A stretch of DNA of 64,000 nt from Gammaproteobacteria bacterium (GCA_965204045.1 CBDBDW010000002.1:2946610-3010609), one strand, 5' to 3'; counted from the first letter of the stretch, positions 36,707 to 47,914 are shown. Notes: generated by a model from the letters alone, not told the origin. Program-made: numbers and translations.

Positions 36707-37969
36707 CTAACCCCCGGATTCCAGACGTTCGCGCATCCCGGTCTCCAGCTCCTCTGCCATGCTGATTTCCTGTTCCGACAACTCCTGCAGCAGGGTGTCG
36801 CGCCGATGGATATCCATCTGGTTGCCGTCCTCCGCCAGCAGGTTGTACCAGGCCAGGGCCCGTGGTTTGTTCCTGGGAACGTCTTCCAGGCCGTTGAGAT
36901 AGATCAGCGCCAGGCTGCGCTGGGCCGCGGTATGGCCTTGTGCGGCGGATTTCTCGTACCACTCGACTGCCCTGGCGGGATCCTTTTCTGTCCCGTCTCC
37001 GTTGGCGTAGGCGGCAGCCAGCCGATACTGGGCCGGGGCATACCCCTCCCCGGCCGATCTGGTGAAATGCTCGAAGGCTTTTGCATGATCCTGCTCAAGG
37101 GTGTTGCCCAGGGCATAGGACATTCCCAGTTCATAATTGGATACGGCGCCTGAATTCGCCAGCGGAGCAGGACGCCCCACCTCGTTTTGCGCTGCCGGGG
37201 CCGTACTCTCATTACCCGGTCCTGCCGGTTCCGTTGTCCCGTCAACCGTTTGGTCTTTTTCCTTATCCTTGCCGAACAATCGGCCAAAAAATCCTTTTTT
37301 TTCGGTCTTTGCCGGGGGTGGAGCCGGCGTCTGCGAAATAAGCGGCGGTTGTGCGGGGGCTTCAGCTACCGGCTCCGGTTTTTTGTCACGGCCGAACCAG
37401 CGTTTGAAGAAGCCGCGTTTCTCCGTCTTGCCCCCGGCGGCAGACCGTTTCTCAACCTTGAGTGGAGGCAGTGATGCGGCCTCGCGCTCCAGTTCTTCCC
37501 TGGTCTTTGCAGTACTGATACGCCTGAGACTGGCGAGGTTGTCAGCCGCATCCTTACGGCCCTGCTGCGCCGCTTTTTCATACCAGTGGATTGCCTCGGT
37601 ATCGCTTTGCGGCACTCCTTCTCCCATCATGTACATGTTGCCGAGCCGGTACTGGGCCTCGGCATGTCCCAGTTCCGCGGCGCTGGCATACCAGCGCGCA
37701 GCCCTCGCAATATCAGGGTCCACCCCCGAACCGCGGTGATAAAGCACGCCTATTTCGTACTGGGCCAGGGCATTGTCCTGCCCGGCAAGAGAATAAAACA
37801 GGTCATAAGCAATATCGTACTCCTGGTTCCGCAGCGCCTGGTAAGCGGCATCCATGGTCTCTGAGCCGGCATCGGCGGCCTGGTTTTCACCGTCTTCGGC
37901 GCCGGCGCCGCCGCCGCCCGCAAAGGTCAGGATAATGGTAAAAGCAACAGGAAGGAAAAACCGAATCAC
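36707..37969 (-). CDS. secreted Sel1-like/TPR repeat protein
   Basis: Signal peptide followed by several Sel1-like repeats (AQYxLGxxYxxGxGV). Pro/Lys-rich low-complexity linker. Confidence 0.75.
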   Translation of the reverse strand: MIRFFLPVAFTIILTFAGGGGAGAEDGENQAADAGSETMDAAYQALRNQEYDIAYDLFYSLAGQDNALAQYEIGVLYHRGSGVDPDIARAARWYASAAELGHAEAQYRLGNMYMMGEGVPQSDTEAIHWYEKAAQQGRKDAADNLASLRRISTAKTREELEREAASLPPLKVEKRSAAGGKTEKRGFFKRWFGRDKKPEPVAEAPAQPPLISQTPAPPPAKTEKKGFFGRLFGKDKEKDQTVDGTTEPAGPGNESTAPAAQNEVGRPAPLANSGAVSNYELGMSYALGNTLEQDHAKAFEHFTRSAGEGYAPAQYRLAAAYANGDGTEKDPARAVEWYEKSAAQGHTAAQRSLALIYLNGLEDVPRNKPRALAWYNLLAEDGNQMDIHRRDTLLQELSEQEISMAEELETGMRERLESGG

Positions 37970-38323
37970 GGATCACATACGGACGCTATGTTAAGATAGC
38001 GCCCATTGTACCCAAAAAACCCGGCACAGAGAACGTCATCCCGGATTTTTCACCAGGCAATGCGGTGATTGTGCCGGATTTTTGCGCCAGTGAGCGCCTA
38101 CAACCGAAAGCATAACCGTAGTTGATGTATCCTTCGGGTGAATGCCATAGATTACGAGCCATTATACAGTCAGGGCCTATTTGAATCCCGCACTTTCTAA
38201 CGCGGGATTGTGGGTATATTAACCTGTGGAATTTGGGACAAAAGGCTTATACTCTTGTATGCTTACTTTATCTAATGTTTACTCTGGAATTAGTTAACCA
38301 GGCTGGATACAGGTTTAATCGCA

Positions 38324-39646
38324 ATGGACTCGAATAACACCCCTCTCCGAAATAACGGGCAATACCTCAACATGCTGCAGGGTGCGTTGCGTGCTGATTT
38401 GGATTTTCATGGTACGAACGGCAAACACACTACCCATGGCTGGCATCCTTTTCCGGCTAAATTTCCACCCCAACTACCACAGTTCTTTATTGAAAGCCTT
38501 TCGGATAAAAATGAAGTTGTTTTTGACCCCATGTTCGGTTCAGGTACAACGTTGGTAGAGGCTATGCGCCTGGGACGGCGTGCAATCGGTTGTGACATAG
38601 ACCCTTTGGCACGGATGATCACGCAAGCGAAGTTAGTTGCCATAAAACCGGTGAAAACACTGGAGATTGGATACAGGATCGTCGAAGCGGCACAACGCGA
38701 TTTTCATCATGACCAGGATCAACTGGAACGGGAACTGAATCAACGCTTCGATTCCAAAACACGTGAATTTATTGATTATTGGTTTTTGCCCCAGCAACAA
38801 TTGGAATTGCTTGCACTTTTGCAGGCTATCGAGGCAATACAGCAGGATGAAATGCAGAAATTCTTCAGGATGATTTTTTCAGCAACAATCATTGCCAAAT
38901 CAGGAGGGGTTTCCCTGGCTCGTGATTTAGCCCATACTCGACCACATAGGGTATCTGATAAAAAACCAAACTCGGCTTTTGTCGAATTCGCCAAGCGCTT
39001 AAAACATAATCTGGCTTGTTATACATCAACAGGTTTCCCTCGCCAGGAGCACATAGCAAAACAAGAAGTTGATCTTCGGGTCGCAAATGCAGATAAAACC
39101 GGTATCCCTTCTTCAAGTGTCGATTTGATTGTTACGTCGCCACCTTACGCGAATAATGCGATCGACTACATGAGAGCGCATAAATTTTCCCTGGTCTGGT
39201 TTGGTTGGAAAATAGAAGACCTTACGAAGATTCGTGCACGATATCTGGGACATGATGCCACTAACGGTGCTCAGTTTGAGCAGCTACCTCAACAATGTGA
39301 AAAAACGCTTACCAGATTGGTCGATCTTGACTATAAAAAAGCTGCGGCTCTACGCCGGTATTTCAGCGAGATGTCGGCTGTGATAAATGAAATGAAGCGA
39401 GTTTTGAAAAGAGGCAGAGCAGCCATAATCGTAGTTGGCACTTCCAATTTGTGCGGCATTGACGTGGAAACACAGAATGGGCTTGCTGCCATTGGTGAAT
39501 ATGTCGGTTTTGATTTGGCGGGAATCGGTATTCGCCGTCTGGATCGTGACAGGCGCATGATGCCGGCGCGCTGGGGCAAAGAACAACGCACACAAATTGA
39601 GAAACGGATGCATGAAGAATATGTAATCGGATTGTTAAAACAATGA
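38324..39646 (+). CDS. type II DNA methyltransferase, N4-cytosine/N6-adenine family (motif I DPMFGSGTT ... motif IV SPPY)
   Basis: FxGxG-type SAM motif at about residue 68 and TSPPYANN at about 265. SPPY is most typical of m4C methyltransferases. Low-GC gene. Confidence 0.75.
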   Translation: MDSNNTPLRNNGQYLNMLQGALRADLDFHGTNGKHTTHGWHPFPAKFPPQLPQFFIESLSDKNEVVFDPMFGSGTTLVEAMRLGRRAIGCDIDPLARMITQAKLVAIKPVKTLEIGYRIVEAAQRDFHHDQDQLERELNQRFDSKTREFIDYWFLPQQQLELLALLQAIEAIQQDEMQKFFRMIFSATIIAKSGGVSLARDLAHTRPHRVSDKKPNSAFVEFAKRLKHNLACYTSTGFPRQEHIAKQEVDLRVANADKTGIPSSSVDLIVTSPPYANNAIDYMRAHKFSLVWFGWKIEDLTKIRARYLGHDATNGAQFEQLPQQCEKTLTRLVDLDYKKAAALRRYFSEMSAVINEMKRVLKRGRAAIIVVGTSNLCGIDVETQNGLAAIGEYVGFDLAGIGIRRLDRDRRMMPARWGKEQRTQIEKRMHEEYVIGLLKQ

Positions 39647-40491
39647 ATATGGGAAAGATAGAAAAACTGCGTCGCGAATATCATCAGCGGATTTGCACTG
39701 AAGTGTTGCGCAAAAACGAAACTGGTATCCCGAACAATGCAGATAGCAAAAGTGCTGCAAGCGTTGAAATTGGCAAGGGTATCCTGGACCACATCGCGTA
39801 TGACGTGGAAACAGGCAAGTTGCCAGGACAAACAGCAGGGAACCAATTCGAGATGGTGACCAAGGACTTTTTGCAAAGAGCTTTCAGGTTGTTGCAGCAT
39901 TTACGCCCGGGTGAGTGGGAATTTTCTATAGGCGGTAGGATACGTGACTTCGAACAATATCAGCATTTAACCGATGTGTTGCGGGCAATAAGGGAAAATG
40001 AGGCATTACGGACCGTTTTTGGTGATTATATCGTTACACCTGATATCGTGGTCTGCCGTAAACCGGTTGAAGATAAGACAATCAATACAAATGATGTCTT
40101 GTTAAGTGATGATAAAGCTGCCGCGCATACCCCACTACGCTTTACAAACTCGCAATTGGATATTCTGCATGCCAGCATTTCTTGCAAATGGACTATTCGT
40201 AGTGATCGCTCACAAAATGCTCGAACAGAGGGATTGAATTTGATACGTAATCGCAAGGGCAAAACACCGCACATTGTAGTTGTAATTGGCGAACCCTTGC
40301 CCGGACGAATTGCATCACTGGCTTATGGTATCGGCGATATAGATTGTGTTTACCATTTCGCGTTACGCGAATTGAAGAAAGCAACTGAAGAAAGCGCTCC
40401 AGGCTCAGATTCACTGGATATACTTAATACTCTGATATCTGGCAAGCGCTTGCGGGATATAAGCGATTTGCCTTTTGATTTGGCAACATAG
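39643..40491 (+). CDS. candidate type II restriction endonuclease, NgoMIV/Cfr10I-like (PD...SxK...E arrangement)
   Basis: Overlaps the methyltransferase stop. VTPDIVV ... ISCKW ... E about 15 residues later fits the Cfr10I/NgoMIV/SgrAI variant catalytic motif as recalled from memory. No other domain evidence. Confidence 0.45.
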   Translation: MNMGKIEKLRREYHQRICTEVLRKNETGIPNNADSKSAASVEIGKGILDHIAYDVETGKLPGQTAGNQFEMVTKDFLQRAFRLLQHLRPGEWEFSIGGRIRDFEQYQHLTDVLRAIRENEALRTVFGDYIVTPDIVVCRKPVEDKTINTNDVLLSDDKAAAHTPLRFTNSQLDILHASISCKWTIRSDRSQNARTEGLNLIRNRKGKTPHIVVVIGEPLPGRIASLAYGIGDIDCVYHFALRELKKATEESAPGSDSLDILNTLISGKRLRDISDLPFDLAT

Positions 40492-40585
40492 AAACTTGAG
40501 AAACTTCTTAAGCGGCTGGTCAATAAATCATTACACAGACAAGGCTTTGTTGATTCCTGGGCTTTTCTAACGAGGGTTCAGAGTT

Positions 40586-41299
40586 TCAACTCTTAGTTAC
40601 CACCACCGGCAGTTTTGTATCAATCCGGATTTCATCTACAGAGACATACGCGCGCCAGGCTATGGCCTGCACACCGGCATCGATAGCCTGTCTCAGTGTA
40701 GCGCCGTAGATTCCGTCTATGTTATCGGCCGGCCGAACTTCAAAAACGTCTTTTCTCTGGACGCAGAAACAGATTACTGCGCGCTTCCCTCCTGCGGCAA
40801 CCTCCGCAAGTTCGCGCAGGTGTTTACTTCCCCGTTCACTGACAGCGTCAGGAAAATAGCCGATGCCCTCCTGAGCGAGTGTTACGTTTTTTATTTCAAC
40901 GTAACAGTCCGGTTTGCCGGCCCCCTCCAACAGCAGGTCAATCCGGCTGTTTTCCGCGCCGTAGCGTATTTCCTGCCGTATTGCGTCGTATCCCTGCAGG
41001 TCTTTTATTGTTCCATCCTGTATTCCCTCTCTGACCAGTTTATTCGGCAGGCCTGTATTTATGCCGACAAGGACTCCCGGAGCCGCCTCAACCAGTTCCC
41101 AACTCAAGGTATATTTGCGCTTCGGGTTGTCTGAACTTGACAGCCAGACCCGGGAACCGGGTTCGCAGCAACCCAGCATGGAACCGGTATTGGGAGTGTG
41201 TGCGGTAACGATACTTCCGTCATCAAGCTCAACGTCGGCCAGGAAACGTTTGTAACGTTTGAGCAAGGTCCCCTCTATCAGGGCCTGGTTAAATCTCAT
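40586..41299 (-). CDS. sfsA: sugar fermentation stimulation protein A
   Basis: MRFNQALIEGTLLKRYKRFLADVEL is the SfsA N-terminus. 237 aa. Confidence 0.85.
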   Translation of the reverse strand: MRFNQALIEGTLLKRYKRFLADVELDDGSIVTAHTPNTGSMLGCCEPGSRVWLSSSDNPKRKYTLSWELVEAAPGVLVGINTGLPNKLVREGIQDGTIKDLQGYDAIRQEIRYGAENSRIDLLLEGAGKPDCYVEIKNVTLAQEGIGYFPDAVSERGSKHLRELAEVAAGGKRAVICFCVQRKDVFEVRPADNIDGIYGATLRQAIDAGVQAIAWRAYVSVDEIRIDTKLPVVVTKS

Positions 41300-42897
41300 T
41301 AAAAGCTGAGCTTTACATAACTGCCAGGCGCATCTTCGATGACAGGCTGACCGTTGGCGCCGGGACGGCGCGCGGGAATTTTTTCACCGGCATATTGCTC
41401 CAGCCATGCCTGCCAGTCCGGCCACCAGGAACCGGAATGCGTATCGGCATTGGCGCGCCATTCAGCGGACGGGATGTCAACCCCGGGCCCGGTGTAATAT
41501 CCGTACTTGTCTGCGGCAGGCGGGTTGATGATGCCGGCAATATGGCCTGACTTGCCAAGTACGAACCTGACCGGCCCGGACAGCAGTTGCGCTCCCAGGT
41601 AGGCGCCCTCCCAGGGCGCGATATGGTCCTCTTCCGTGGAAATGAAGTACGCCGGGGTTCGAATCGCGCTGACGTCGACGGGGATGCCGGCTACACTTAG
41701 TCCTCCGGGTTCTTTGAACTCGTTGTTCAGGTACATGGTGCGCAGGTAAGTGCTGTGCATCCTGGCCGGGAGTCGGGTGGAGTCGGCATTCCAGTAAAGC
41801 AGGTCGAACGGAAACGGATCTTTCCCCAGCAGGTAGTTGCGCACGTAGAAAGACCAGATCAGGTCATTGGCGCGCAGCATGTTGAACGTAGCGGCCATTT
41901 CCTTGCCGTCATGGTAACCTTTTTCATTCATGGTCTTTTCAAGGTTGTCCAGTTGCTGTTCATCGATGAACACGCCCAGGTCCCCGGGGATTGAAAAATC
42001 GATCAGAGAGACAAAGAACGTAGCTGAAGCTGCGCGTGTATCGCCTGTTTCCTGCATGTACGCAAGTGTTGCCGCCAGCAGGGTGCCTCCGATGCAGTAT
42101 CCCACCAGGTTGATGCCGGATTCGCCGGTGGCTTCCTGCACCGCATCCATGGCCGCCAGCGCCCCCTCCGTCACATAGTCGGCAAAGTCCATGTGCGCCA
42201 GCTTCTCATCGGGATTTACCCAGGAAACCACAAACACCGTATGTCCCTGGTCCACCAGCCATTTAACCAGGGAATTATGGGGTTGCAGGTCCAGCACGTA
42301 ATACTTGTTGATCCAGGGCGGGATGATCAACAGCGGCTGCCTGCAGGTCAGCTCGGTTGCCGGTTCGAACTGCAGCAACTGGAGCAGGTCGTTCTGGAAA
42401 ACCACCTTGCCTGGCGTGGTGGCAACATTCCTGCCCAGTTCAAACGCATCCCGGTCCGTCATGGTGATGCGCAACTGCCCGCTTTCGGCATCGATGTCAT
42501 CGATAAAGTTCTGCATGCCCTTGAGCAGGTTGTCTCCTTTGGATTCCAGGGTGGCTTCCAGCGCTTCCGGATTGGTAAGCAGAAAATTGGTCGGCGACAT
42601 GGCGTCCACAAACTGCCTGGTATAAAAATTCACCTTCCTGGCGGTATCCTCGTCCAGTCCTTCCGTCTCCGCGGCGGCGGACTGTATGGCGTCGGCAGTG
42701 ACCAGGTAAGATTGTTTGATGAAACTGAAAAAAGGATTCTCGTCCCAGGCCGGGTGTTTGAAACGGCGGTCCCCGCTGTCGGGTTCCCGCACCGTACTGC
42801 TTTCCTCGCCCAGCATCGCTTTGGTGGCGTTAATCCACAGGTCGGAATAAGCGTTCCAGGCCTGCAGTGCCGCGTCGTGTTTTTTTTCGCTCATGAC
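41299..42897 (-). CDS. phaC: class I poly(3-hydroxyalkanoate) synthase
   Basis: Lipase box GYCIGG. PhaC N-terminal FYTRQFVDAMSPTNF region. Start taken at MSEKKHD because the longer ORF-track start is a high-GC extension. Confidence 0.85.
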   Translation of the reverse strand, partial: VMSEKKHDAALQAWNAYSDLWINATKAMLGEESSTVREPDSGDRRFKHPAWDENPFFSFIKQSYLVTADAIQSAAAETEGLDEDTARKVNFYTRQFVDAMSPTNFLLTNPEALEATLESKGDNLLKGMQNFIDDIDAESGQLRITMTDRDAFELGRNVATTPGKVVFQNDLLQLLQFEPATELTCRQPLLIIPPWINKYYVLDLQPHNSLVKWLVDQGHTVFVVSWVNPDEKLAHMDFADYVTEGALAAMDAVQEATGESGINLVGYCIGGTLLAATLAYMQETGDTRAASATFFVSLIDFSIPGDLGVFIDEQQLDNLEKTMNEKGYHDGKEMAATFNMLRANDLIWSFYVRNYLLGKDPFPFDLLYWNADSTRLPARMHSTYLRTMYLNNEFKEPGGLSVAGIPVDVSAIRTPAYFISTEEDHIAPWEGAYLGAQLLSGPVRFVLGKSGHIAGIINPPAADKYGYYTGPGVDIPSAEWRANADTHSGSWWPDWQAWLEQYAGEKIPARRPGANGQPVIEDAPGSYVKLSF

Positions 42898-42907
42898 AAG
42901 ACCCCGG

Positions 42908-44092
42908 TCAGGCGACTTCGAACAGGCCCGCGGCGCCCATGCCGCCGCCGACGCACATGGTGCACACCACGTAGCGGGCGCCGCGGCGTTTGCCTTCCAC
43001 CAGGGCATGGGCGACCATGCGGTTGCCGGACATGCCGTAAGGGTGGCCGATGGAAATGGCGCCGCCGTTCACATTAAGCGTCTCATTGGGTATGCCAAGC
43101 TTGTCGCGGCAATAAACCACCTGCACCGCAAATGCCTCGTTCAATTCCCAGAGATCGATATCATCCATGGTCAGTCCGTTCTGTTTCAGCAACTTCGGCA
43201 CCGCATAGACCGGACCGATGCCCATTTCATCAGGCTCCAGGCCGGCAACCGCAATGCCGCGATATATCCCCAGCGGCTCCAGGTTTCTCTGTTCGGCCAG
43301 GCGGCCGTCCATCACTACGCAGGCAGAGGCTCCGTCCGACAGTTGGCTGGCATTCCCGGCGGTAATGCAGCCGCCTTCAATAACCGGGGCCAGCCCCTGC
43401 AAACCCTCCGGAGTTGTATCCGGACGATTGCCTTCATCCTGTTCCAGGACAACCTCATGGTAGCTTACTTTTCCGGTTTCCTTGTCGAGTACGGCCTTGG
43501 TTGTTGCCAGGGGGGCCAGTTCTTCGTCAAATTTACCGGATTGCTGGGCGGACGCAGTGCGTTGCTGGCTTTGCAGCGCCAACTCATCCTGGGTTTCCCG
43601 GCTGATCCGGTAGCGCCGGGCCACCGTTTCCGCAGTCTGCAACATGGGCATATAGGCATGCGCGCTGTGCCGTGTTACGCCTTCATCGGTACTCTTGCTC
43701 ACCAGTTCGAAGGCGTCGTTCTGCACCAGGCTGATGGAATCCAGCCCTGCGGCTACGACTACGGGAGTATGATCCAGGAGCACCTGCTTTGCCGCGTTGG
43801 CGATAGCGATCATGCCCGAGGAGCATTGCCGGTCAAGAGACATGGCGCTTGTCGAGGCAGGCAACCCCGCGGCGAAGGCGCTGGTCCTGCCGATATTCCA
43901 GCCTGTCGTGCCCATTTGCATGGCGCAACCCATGATGACGTCCTCGATTTCCCCCGGTTCCAGGCCTGCGCGCCGCACGGCCTCACGGATAACATGGCCG
44001 CCCAGGGTCGGCGCCTTGGTGTTATTGAATGCGCCGCGCCACGCCTTGCCGATGGGTGTGCGCGCGGCGGCTGCGATCACTGCTTCTTTCAT
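42908..44092 (-). CDS. phaA: acetyl-CoA C-acetyltransferase (beta-ketothiolase)
   Basis: Thiolase active-site regions (Cys in LDRQCSSGM; C-terminal [12 protein letters not shown] and CVGGGMG). Immediately upstream of phaC. Confidence 0.88.
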   Translation of the reverse strand: MKEAVIAAAARTPIGKAWRGAFNNTKAPTLGGHVIREAVRRAGLEPGEIEDVIMGCAMQMGTTGWNIGRTSAFAAGLPASTSAMSLDRQCSSGMIAIANAAKQVLLDHTPVVVAAGLDSISLVQNDAFELVSKSTDEGVTRHSAHAYMPMLQTAETVARRYRISRETQDELALQSQQRTASAQQSGKFDEELAPLATTKAVLDKETGKVSYHEVVLEQDEGNRPDTTPEGLQGLAPVIEGGCITAGNASQLSDGASACVVMDGRLAEQRNLEPLGIYRGIAVAGLEPDEMGIGPVYAVPKLLKQNGLTMDDIDLWELNEAFAVQVVYCRDKLGIPNETLNVNGGAISIGHPYGMSGNRMVAHALVEGKRRGARYVVCTMCVGGGMGAAGLFEVA

Positions 44093-44108
44093 TGTAGCGA
44101 ACCTCTCC

Positions 44109-44159
44109 GGGGACGGACTTAAGCATGCCCCCGCATGTTGTCAGCGGGGGTCCGTCCCC
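44109..44159. repeat. REP-like compound palindrome (outer stem ggggacggac / gtccgtcccc with inner stem gcccccgc / gcggggg), followed by tttt
   Basis: Nested inverted repeats read directly, between leuD and phaA. Confidence 0.55.
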
Positions 44160-44179
44160 TTTTGCGATGGTTATACCTC

Positions 44180-44827
44180 TCAGTTCAGGTCGGGAAACAG
44201 CCAGGGCCTTGCTCCAGCCCTTTGCCGCTCATATTCACGTATCACGTCGCTGTTCTCCAGGGTGATACCGATATCATCCAGGCCCTGCAACAGCCTTTCC
44301 TTGAGCGCAACCTCGATCTCGAATGTCAATTCATCTCCTGAGGGCCCGGTGACTGTCTGGGAGGGCAAGTCAACATTCAGACGATATCCTTCTGTCGCTT
44401 CGACCTCCATGAACAGGCGGTCCACCTGCTGCGCCGGGAGAACGATGGTCAGCAAGCCGTTCTTGCCGGCATTGGAAAAAAATATGTCCCCGAAACTTGG
44501 CGCAATCACACAACGGAACCCGTACTCGTACAGGGCCCAGACGGCATGTTCCCTGGATGAACCGCAGCCGAAATTTTCCCGGGCCAGAAGTATTTGCGCT
44601 CCCCGGTAACGGGGCCGGTTCAGCACGAAGTCTTCATTCAACGGGCGCCGGCTGCAATCCTGTTCCGGTTCCCCTGCATCAAGATAGCGCCAGGCATCGA
44701 ACAGGTTGGGGCCGAAACCGCTACGGCGGATGGATTTCAGGAACTGCTTGGGAATGATGGCGTCGGTATCGACGTTGGACCTGTCCAGCGGCGCAACCAG
44801 GCCGTCAATTGTTGTAAAAGCATGCAT
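44180..44827 (-). CDS. leuD: 3-isopropylmalate dehydratase small subunit
   Basis: LeuD signature [14 protein letters not shown]. 215 aa. Confidence 0.9.
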   Translation of the reverse strand: MHAFTTIDGLVAPLDRSNVDTDAIIPKQFLKSIRRSGFGPNLFDAWRYLDAGEPEQDCSRRPLNEDFVLNRPRYRGAQILLARENFGCGSSREHAVWALYEYGFRCVIAPSFGDIFFSNAGKNGLLTIVLPAQQVDRLFMEVEATEGYRLNVDLPSQTVTGPSGDELTFEIEVALKERLLQGLDDIGITLENSDVIREYERQRAGARPWLFPDLN

Positions 44828-44851
44828 GGTTAATTCATAAAGTAATCTGCG

Positions 44852-46276
44852 CTACTCCGCTGTTTGTGCCGCGGATAACAATTCGCGCATATCGATAAAA
44901 TGGCCGGCTATGCCCGCGGCCGCCGCCATGGCCGGGCTGACCAGGTGTGTGCGGCTGCCGGCGCCCTGGCGTCCCTCGAAATTGCGATTTGATGTGGAAG
45001 CGCAACGTTCGCCCGCGCCCAACCTGTCTTCGTTCATGCCCAGGCACATGGAACAACCCGGCTCGCGCCATTCAAAACCGGCGTCCGAGAATATCCTGTC
45101 CAGTCCTTCCGTTTCCGCCTGGCGTTTTACTAGTCCTGAGCCCGGCACGACCATGGCCTGTCTGATATTTTCCGCGAGTTGTTTGCCGGCAACCACCCGG
45201 GCGGCTTCCCGCAGGTCCTCAATACGTGAATTGGTGCATGAACCGATAAAAATTTTATCCGGCCTGATGGAACTGATTGGCGTGCCGGGCGCCAGGCCCA
45301 TGTAAGACAGCGCATTCGCCATGCCTTCCCTCTTTACCGGGTCCGGTTCGTCGGCAGGATCAGGAACATCATCGTGCACGGATACCACCATCTCCGGGGA
45401 AGTGCCCCAGGTTACACAGGGCTGCACCCGGCCGGCATCAATCTCCACGGTTTGATCAAACATGGCATCCGGGTCGCTGCGCAGTCCTTTCCAGTACGTC
45501 ACAGCCTGGTTCCAGGCATCTCCGTTCGGCGCAAACGGACGCCCCTTGACGTAATCAATGGTCTTGTCGTCCACGGCAACCAGCCCGGAACGGGCGCCGG
45601 CTTCAATGGCCATATTGCATAAGGTCATGCGCCCTTCCATGGACAAGGCGGTGATGCCGGCGCCTGTGAATTCGATAACAAACCCGGCGCCGCCGGCTGT
45701 CCCGATTTTGCCGATGATGTGCAGTACCAGGTCTTTGGCCGTGATGCCCGGCGTCAAACTATTGCTCACATTGATGCGCATGTTCTTCGATTTTTTTGCA
45801 ACCAGGGTCTGGGTAGCCAGGACATGCTCCACCTCGGAAGTGCCCATGCCCATGGCGAGGGCTGCCAGCGCGCCGTTGGTTGTAGTATGGGAATCGCCAC
45901 ACACGATGGTCATCCCGGGCAGGCACACACCCTGTTCAGGGCCGATGACATGTACTATGCCCTGACGTTCATCAGAGAGTTCAATATAGGGAATGCGCCA
46001 TTCCCTGACGTTTCTCTCCAGGGCATCCAGTTGCTTCTTTGACACGGGATCGTCAATGGAATCCCTGTTGCGCGTGGGTACGTTGTGATCAGGCACGGCA
46101 AGGCTGGCCGTGCGGCGCCAGGGTTCGCGCCCGGCCAGTTTCAGCCCTTCAAATGCCTGGGGCGAAGTGACCTCATGCACAAGATGGCGATCTATGTAAA
46201 GCAGGCAGGCGCCGTCGCCGTAGTCCGCGACTACGTGCTCATTCCACAACTTGTCATAGAGTGTTTCTGCCTTCAT
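44852..46276 (-). CDS. leuC: 3-isopropylmalate dehydratase large subunit
   Basis: Aconitase-family [4Fe-4S] cysteines. [16 protein letters not shown] matches the LeuC N-terminus. ORF-track start 46348 is probably too long. Confidence 0.9.
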   Translation of the reverse strand: MKAETLYDKLWNEHVVADYGDGACLLYIDRHLVHEVTSPQAFEGLKLAGREPWRRTASLAVPDHNVPTRNRDSIDDPVSKKQLDALERNVREWRIPYIELSDERQGIVHVIGPEQGVCLPGMTIVCGDSHTTTNGALAALAMGMGTSEVEHVLATQTLVAKKSKNMRINVSNSLTPGITAKDLVLHIIGKIGTAGGAGFVIEFTGAGITALSMEGRMTLCNMAIEAGARSGLVAVDDKTIDYVKGRPFAPNGDAWNQAVTYWKGLRSDPDAMFDQTVEIDAGRVQPCVTWGTSPEMVVSVHDDVPDPADEPDPVKREGMANALSYMGLAPGTPISSIRPDKIFIGSCTNSRIEDLREAARVVAGKQLAENIRQAMVVPGSGLVKRQAETEGLDRIFSDAGFEWREPGCSMCLGMNEDRLGAGERCASTSNRNFEGRQGAGSRTHLVSPAMAAAAGIAGHFIDMRELLSAAQTAE

Positions 46277-46399
46277 GGATGCAGTATGCCACAGAACCAG
46301 CCCGGATTTCTCACCAGACCGCTTGTTTGCGACTGAAAGTGTGGTCAAAATCAGTATACGATAACCAATACCGATGATTTATTGACCGGACACTGAGAC

Positions 46400-47047
46400 A
46401 TGAAAGTAACGATAATACCTGTCACGCCCTTTCAGCAGAATTCCACTATCCTGCAATGTGAAAGGACAAACCGGGCGGCAATCGTCGACCCAGGCGGCGA
46501 TCTGGACCGGATCATGGCGCAGGTTGAAGTCCTTGGGGTGGAACTGGAGAAGATCCTGGTCACGCACGCGCATATCGACCATGCCGGGGGCGTGGCAGAG
46601 CTGTCTGAGTCCACGGGGCTGCCCGTTGAGGGGCCGCAGCGCGAAGATAAATTCTGGATTGACCTGCTGGAAGAGCAGGGCGCCATGTTCGGTTTTCCGG
46701 GGTCATCACCATTTACGCCGGATCGCTGGCTTGAAGATGGCGATAAGGTCACACTGGGAGAGATCAGCATGGAGGTTCGTCACTGTCCCGGACATACTCC
46801 CGGACACATCATATTTTACGAACACGCATCAAAAATCGCCATCGTGGGAGACGTGTTGTTTAACGGTTCCATCGGCCGCACGGATTTTCCCCGCGGTGAT
46901 TATGCAACCCTGGTTCACTCCATAAAAAACCGCCTCTGGCCGCTCGGAGATGATGTACAATTTGTCCCCGGTCACGGCCCTGTCTCAACCTTCGGCCATG
47001 AACGGCTGACAAATCCGTTTGTCGGCGATAATGCCGGGAACTTCTGA
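46400..47047 (+). CDS. MBL-fold metallo-hydrolase (glyoxalase II-like)
   Basis: THAHIDHAGG metal-binding motif. Confidence 0.7.
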   Translation: MKVTIIPVTPFQQNSTILQCERTNRAAIVDPGGDLDRIMAQVEVLGVELEKILVTHAHIDHAGGVAELSESTGLPVEGPQREDKFWIDLLEEQGAMFGFPGSSPFTPDRWLEDGDKVTLGEISMEVRHCPGHTPGHIIFYEHASKIAIVGDVLFNGSIGRTDFPRGDYATLVHSIKNRLWPLGDDVQFVPGHGPVSTFGHERLTNPFVGDNAGNF

Positions 47048-47255
47048 CCAAGTCAGAGTTTCCGTAATATACAAATAAGGGCGCCTCTAAAAATTAGAGG
47101 CGCCCGTGCAGCATAGGGATGTGCTGCCATTTTTAATCACGTAAGTGATTGAAAATGAGAGGAAACGGAAAATCGCATTTTTCGTTTCCGTCTCTAAAAA
47201 TGTCCGGGATGGCATTTTTAGAGGTTACTATAACCGTAATCAAGAGGAACAAAAA

Positions 47256-47885
47256 ATGCAATTATATGTTTTCCCGCCTTCACCCAATTCGCTGCGCTGC
47301 CAGGCCGTTGCCAACCACGTCGGGCTTGACCCGGAACTGGTTACCGTGGATCTGCATACGGGCGCGCAGATGAATGCCGACTTCGTTGCGTTGAACCCGA
47401 ATCACAAAATTCCCACCCTGGTGGACGGAGACTTTGCCCTGTGGGAGTCCAACGCCATCATGCTGTACCTGGCCCGGAAGCAGCCCGACAATGACCTGAT
47501 TCCCGAAGATTTACATGACCGGACCAGGATGACCCAGTGGTCCTACTGGAATGCATCGCACTGGGGGCCCACCTGCGGCATCTTTACTTTTGAGAACCTC
47601 GTCAAAAAGTTCATGAATATCGGCGAGCCGGACCCTGCGCAACTGGCAAAGGGTGAGGAGGAATTCAACCGTTTCGGAACAGTATTGAACGATCACCTCA
47701 AAGGTCGTGAAACACTGGTGGGTAATTCGGTAACCCTTGCCGACCATGCCGTGGTGTCATGGCTGGTGCACGCGGAAACAGCCGGTCTCCCGCTGGATGA
47801 TTATGCCGAAATAACCCGCTGGTCGGGAAACATCCTTGGCTCAGCCCCCTGGCAGGAAGCGCTTGCTACAATACCCGGCGGCTGA
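47256..47885 (+). CDS. glutathione S-transferase
   Basis: N-terminal thioredoxin-like MQLYVFPPSPNSLRC with IPTLVDGDFALWES(N)AI motif. RBS aagagga upstream. ORF-track start 47145 is unlikely. Confidence 0.75.
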   Translation: MQLYVFPPSPNSLRCQAVANHVGLDPELVTVDLHTGAQMNADFVALNPNHKIPTLVDGDFALWESNAIMLYLARKQPDNDLIPEDLHDRTRMTQWSYWNASHWGPTCGIFTFENLVKKFMNIGEPDPAQLAKGEEEFNRFGTVLNDHLKGRETLVGNSVTLADHAVVSWLVHAETAGLPLDDYAEITRWSGNILGSAPWQEALATIPGG

Positions 47886-47914
47886 GATCCGGTGGCGGGC
47901 TTGCCTGGCGGTCG

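Noticed and set aside
36671-37935. Several plus-strand ORFs over the sel1-like gene
   Set aside because: Shadow frames in a repeat-rich, GC-rich gene. The minus-strand product has a signal peptide and canonical Sel1 repeats.
41755-44122. Plus-strand ORFs of 294 and 409 aa across phaC/phaA
   Set aside because: Antisense to clearly recognisable PHA synthase and thiolase genes. Arg/Gly/Pro-rich translations are typical of GC-rich shadow frames.
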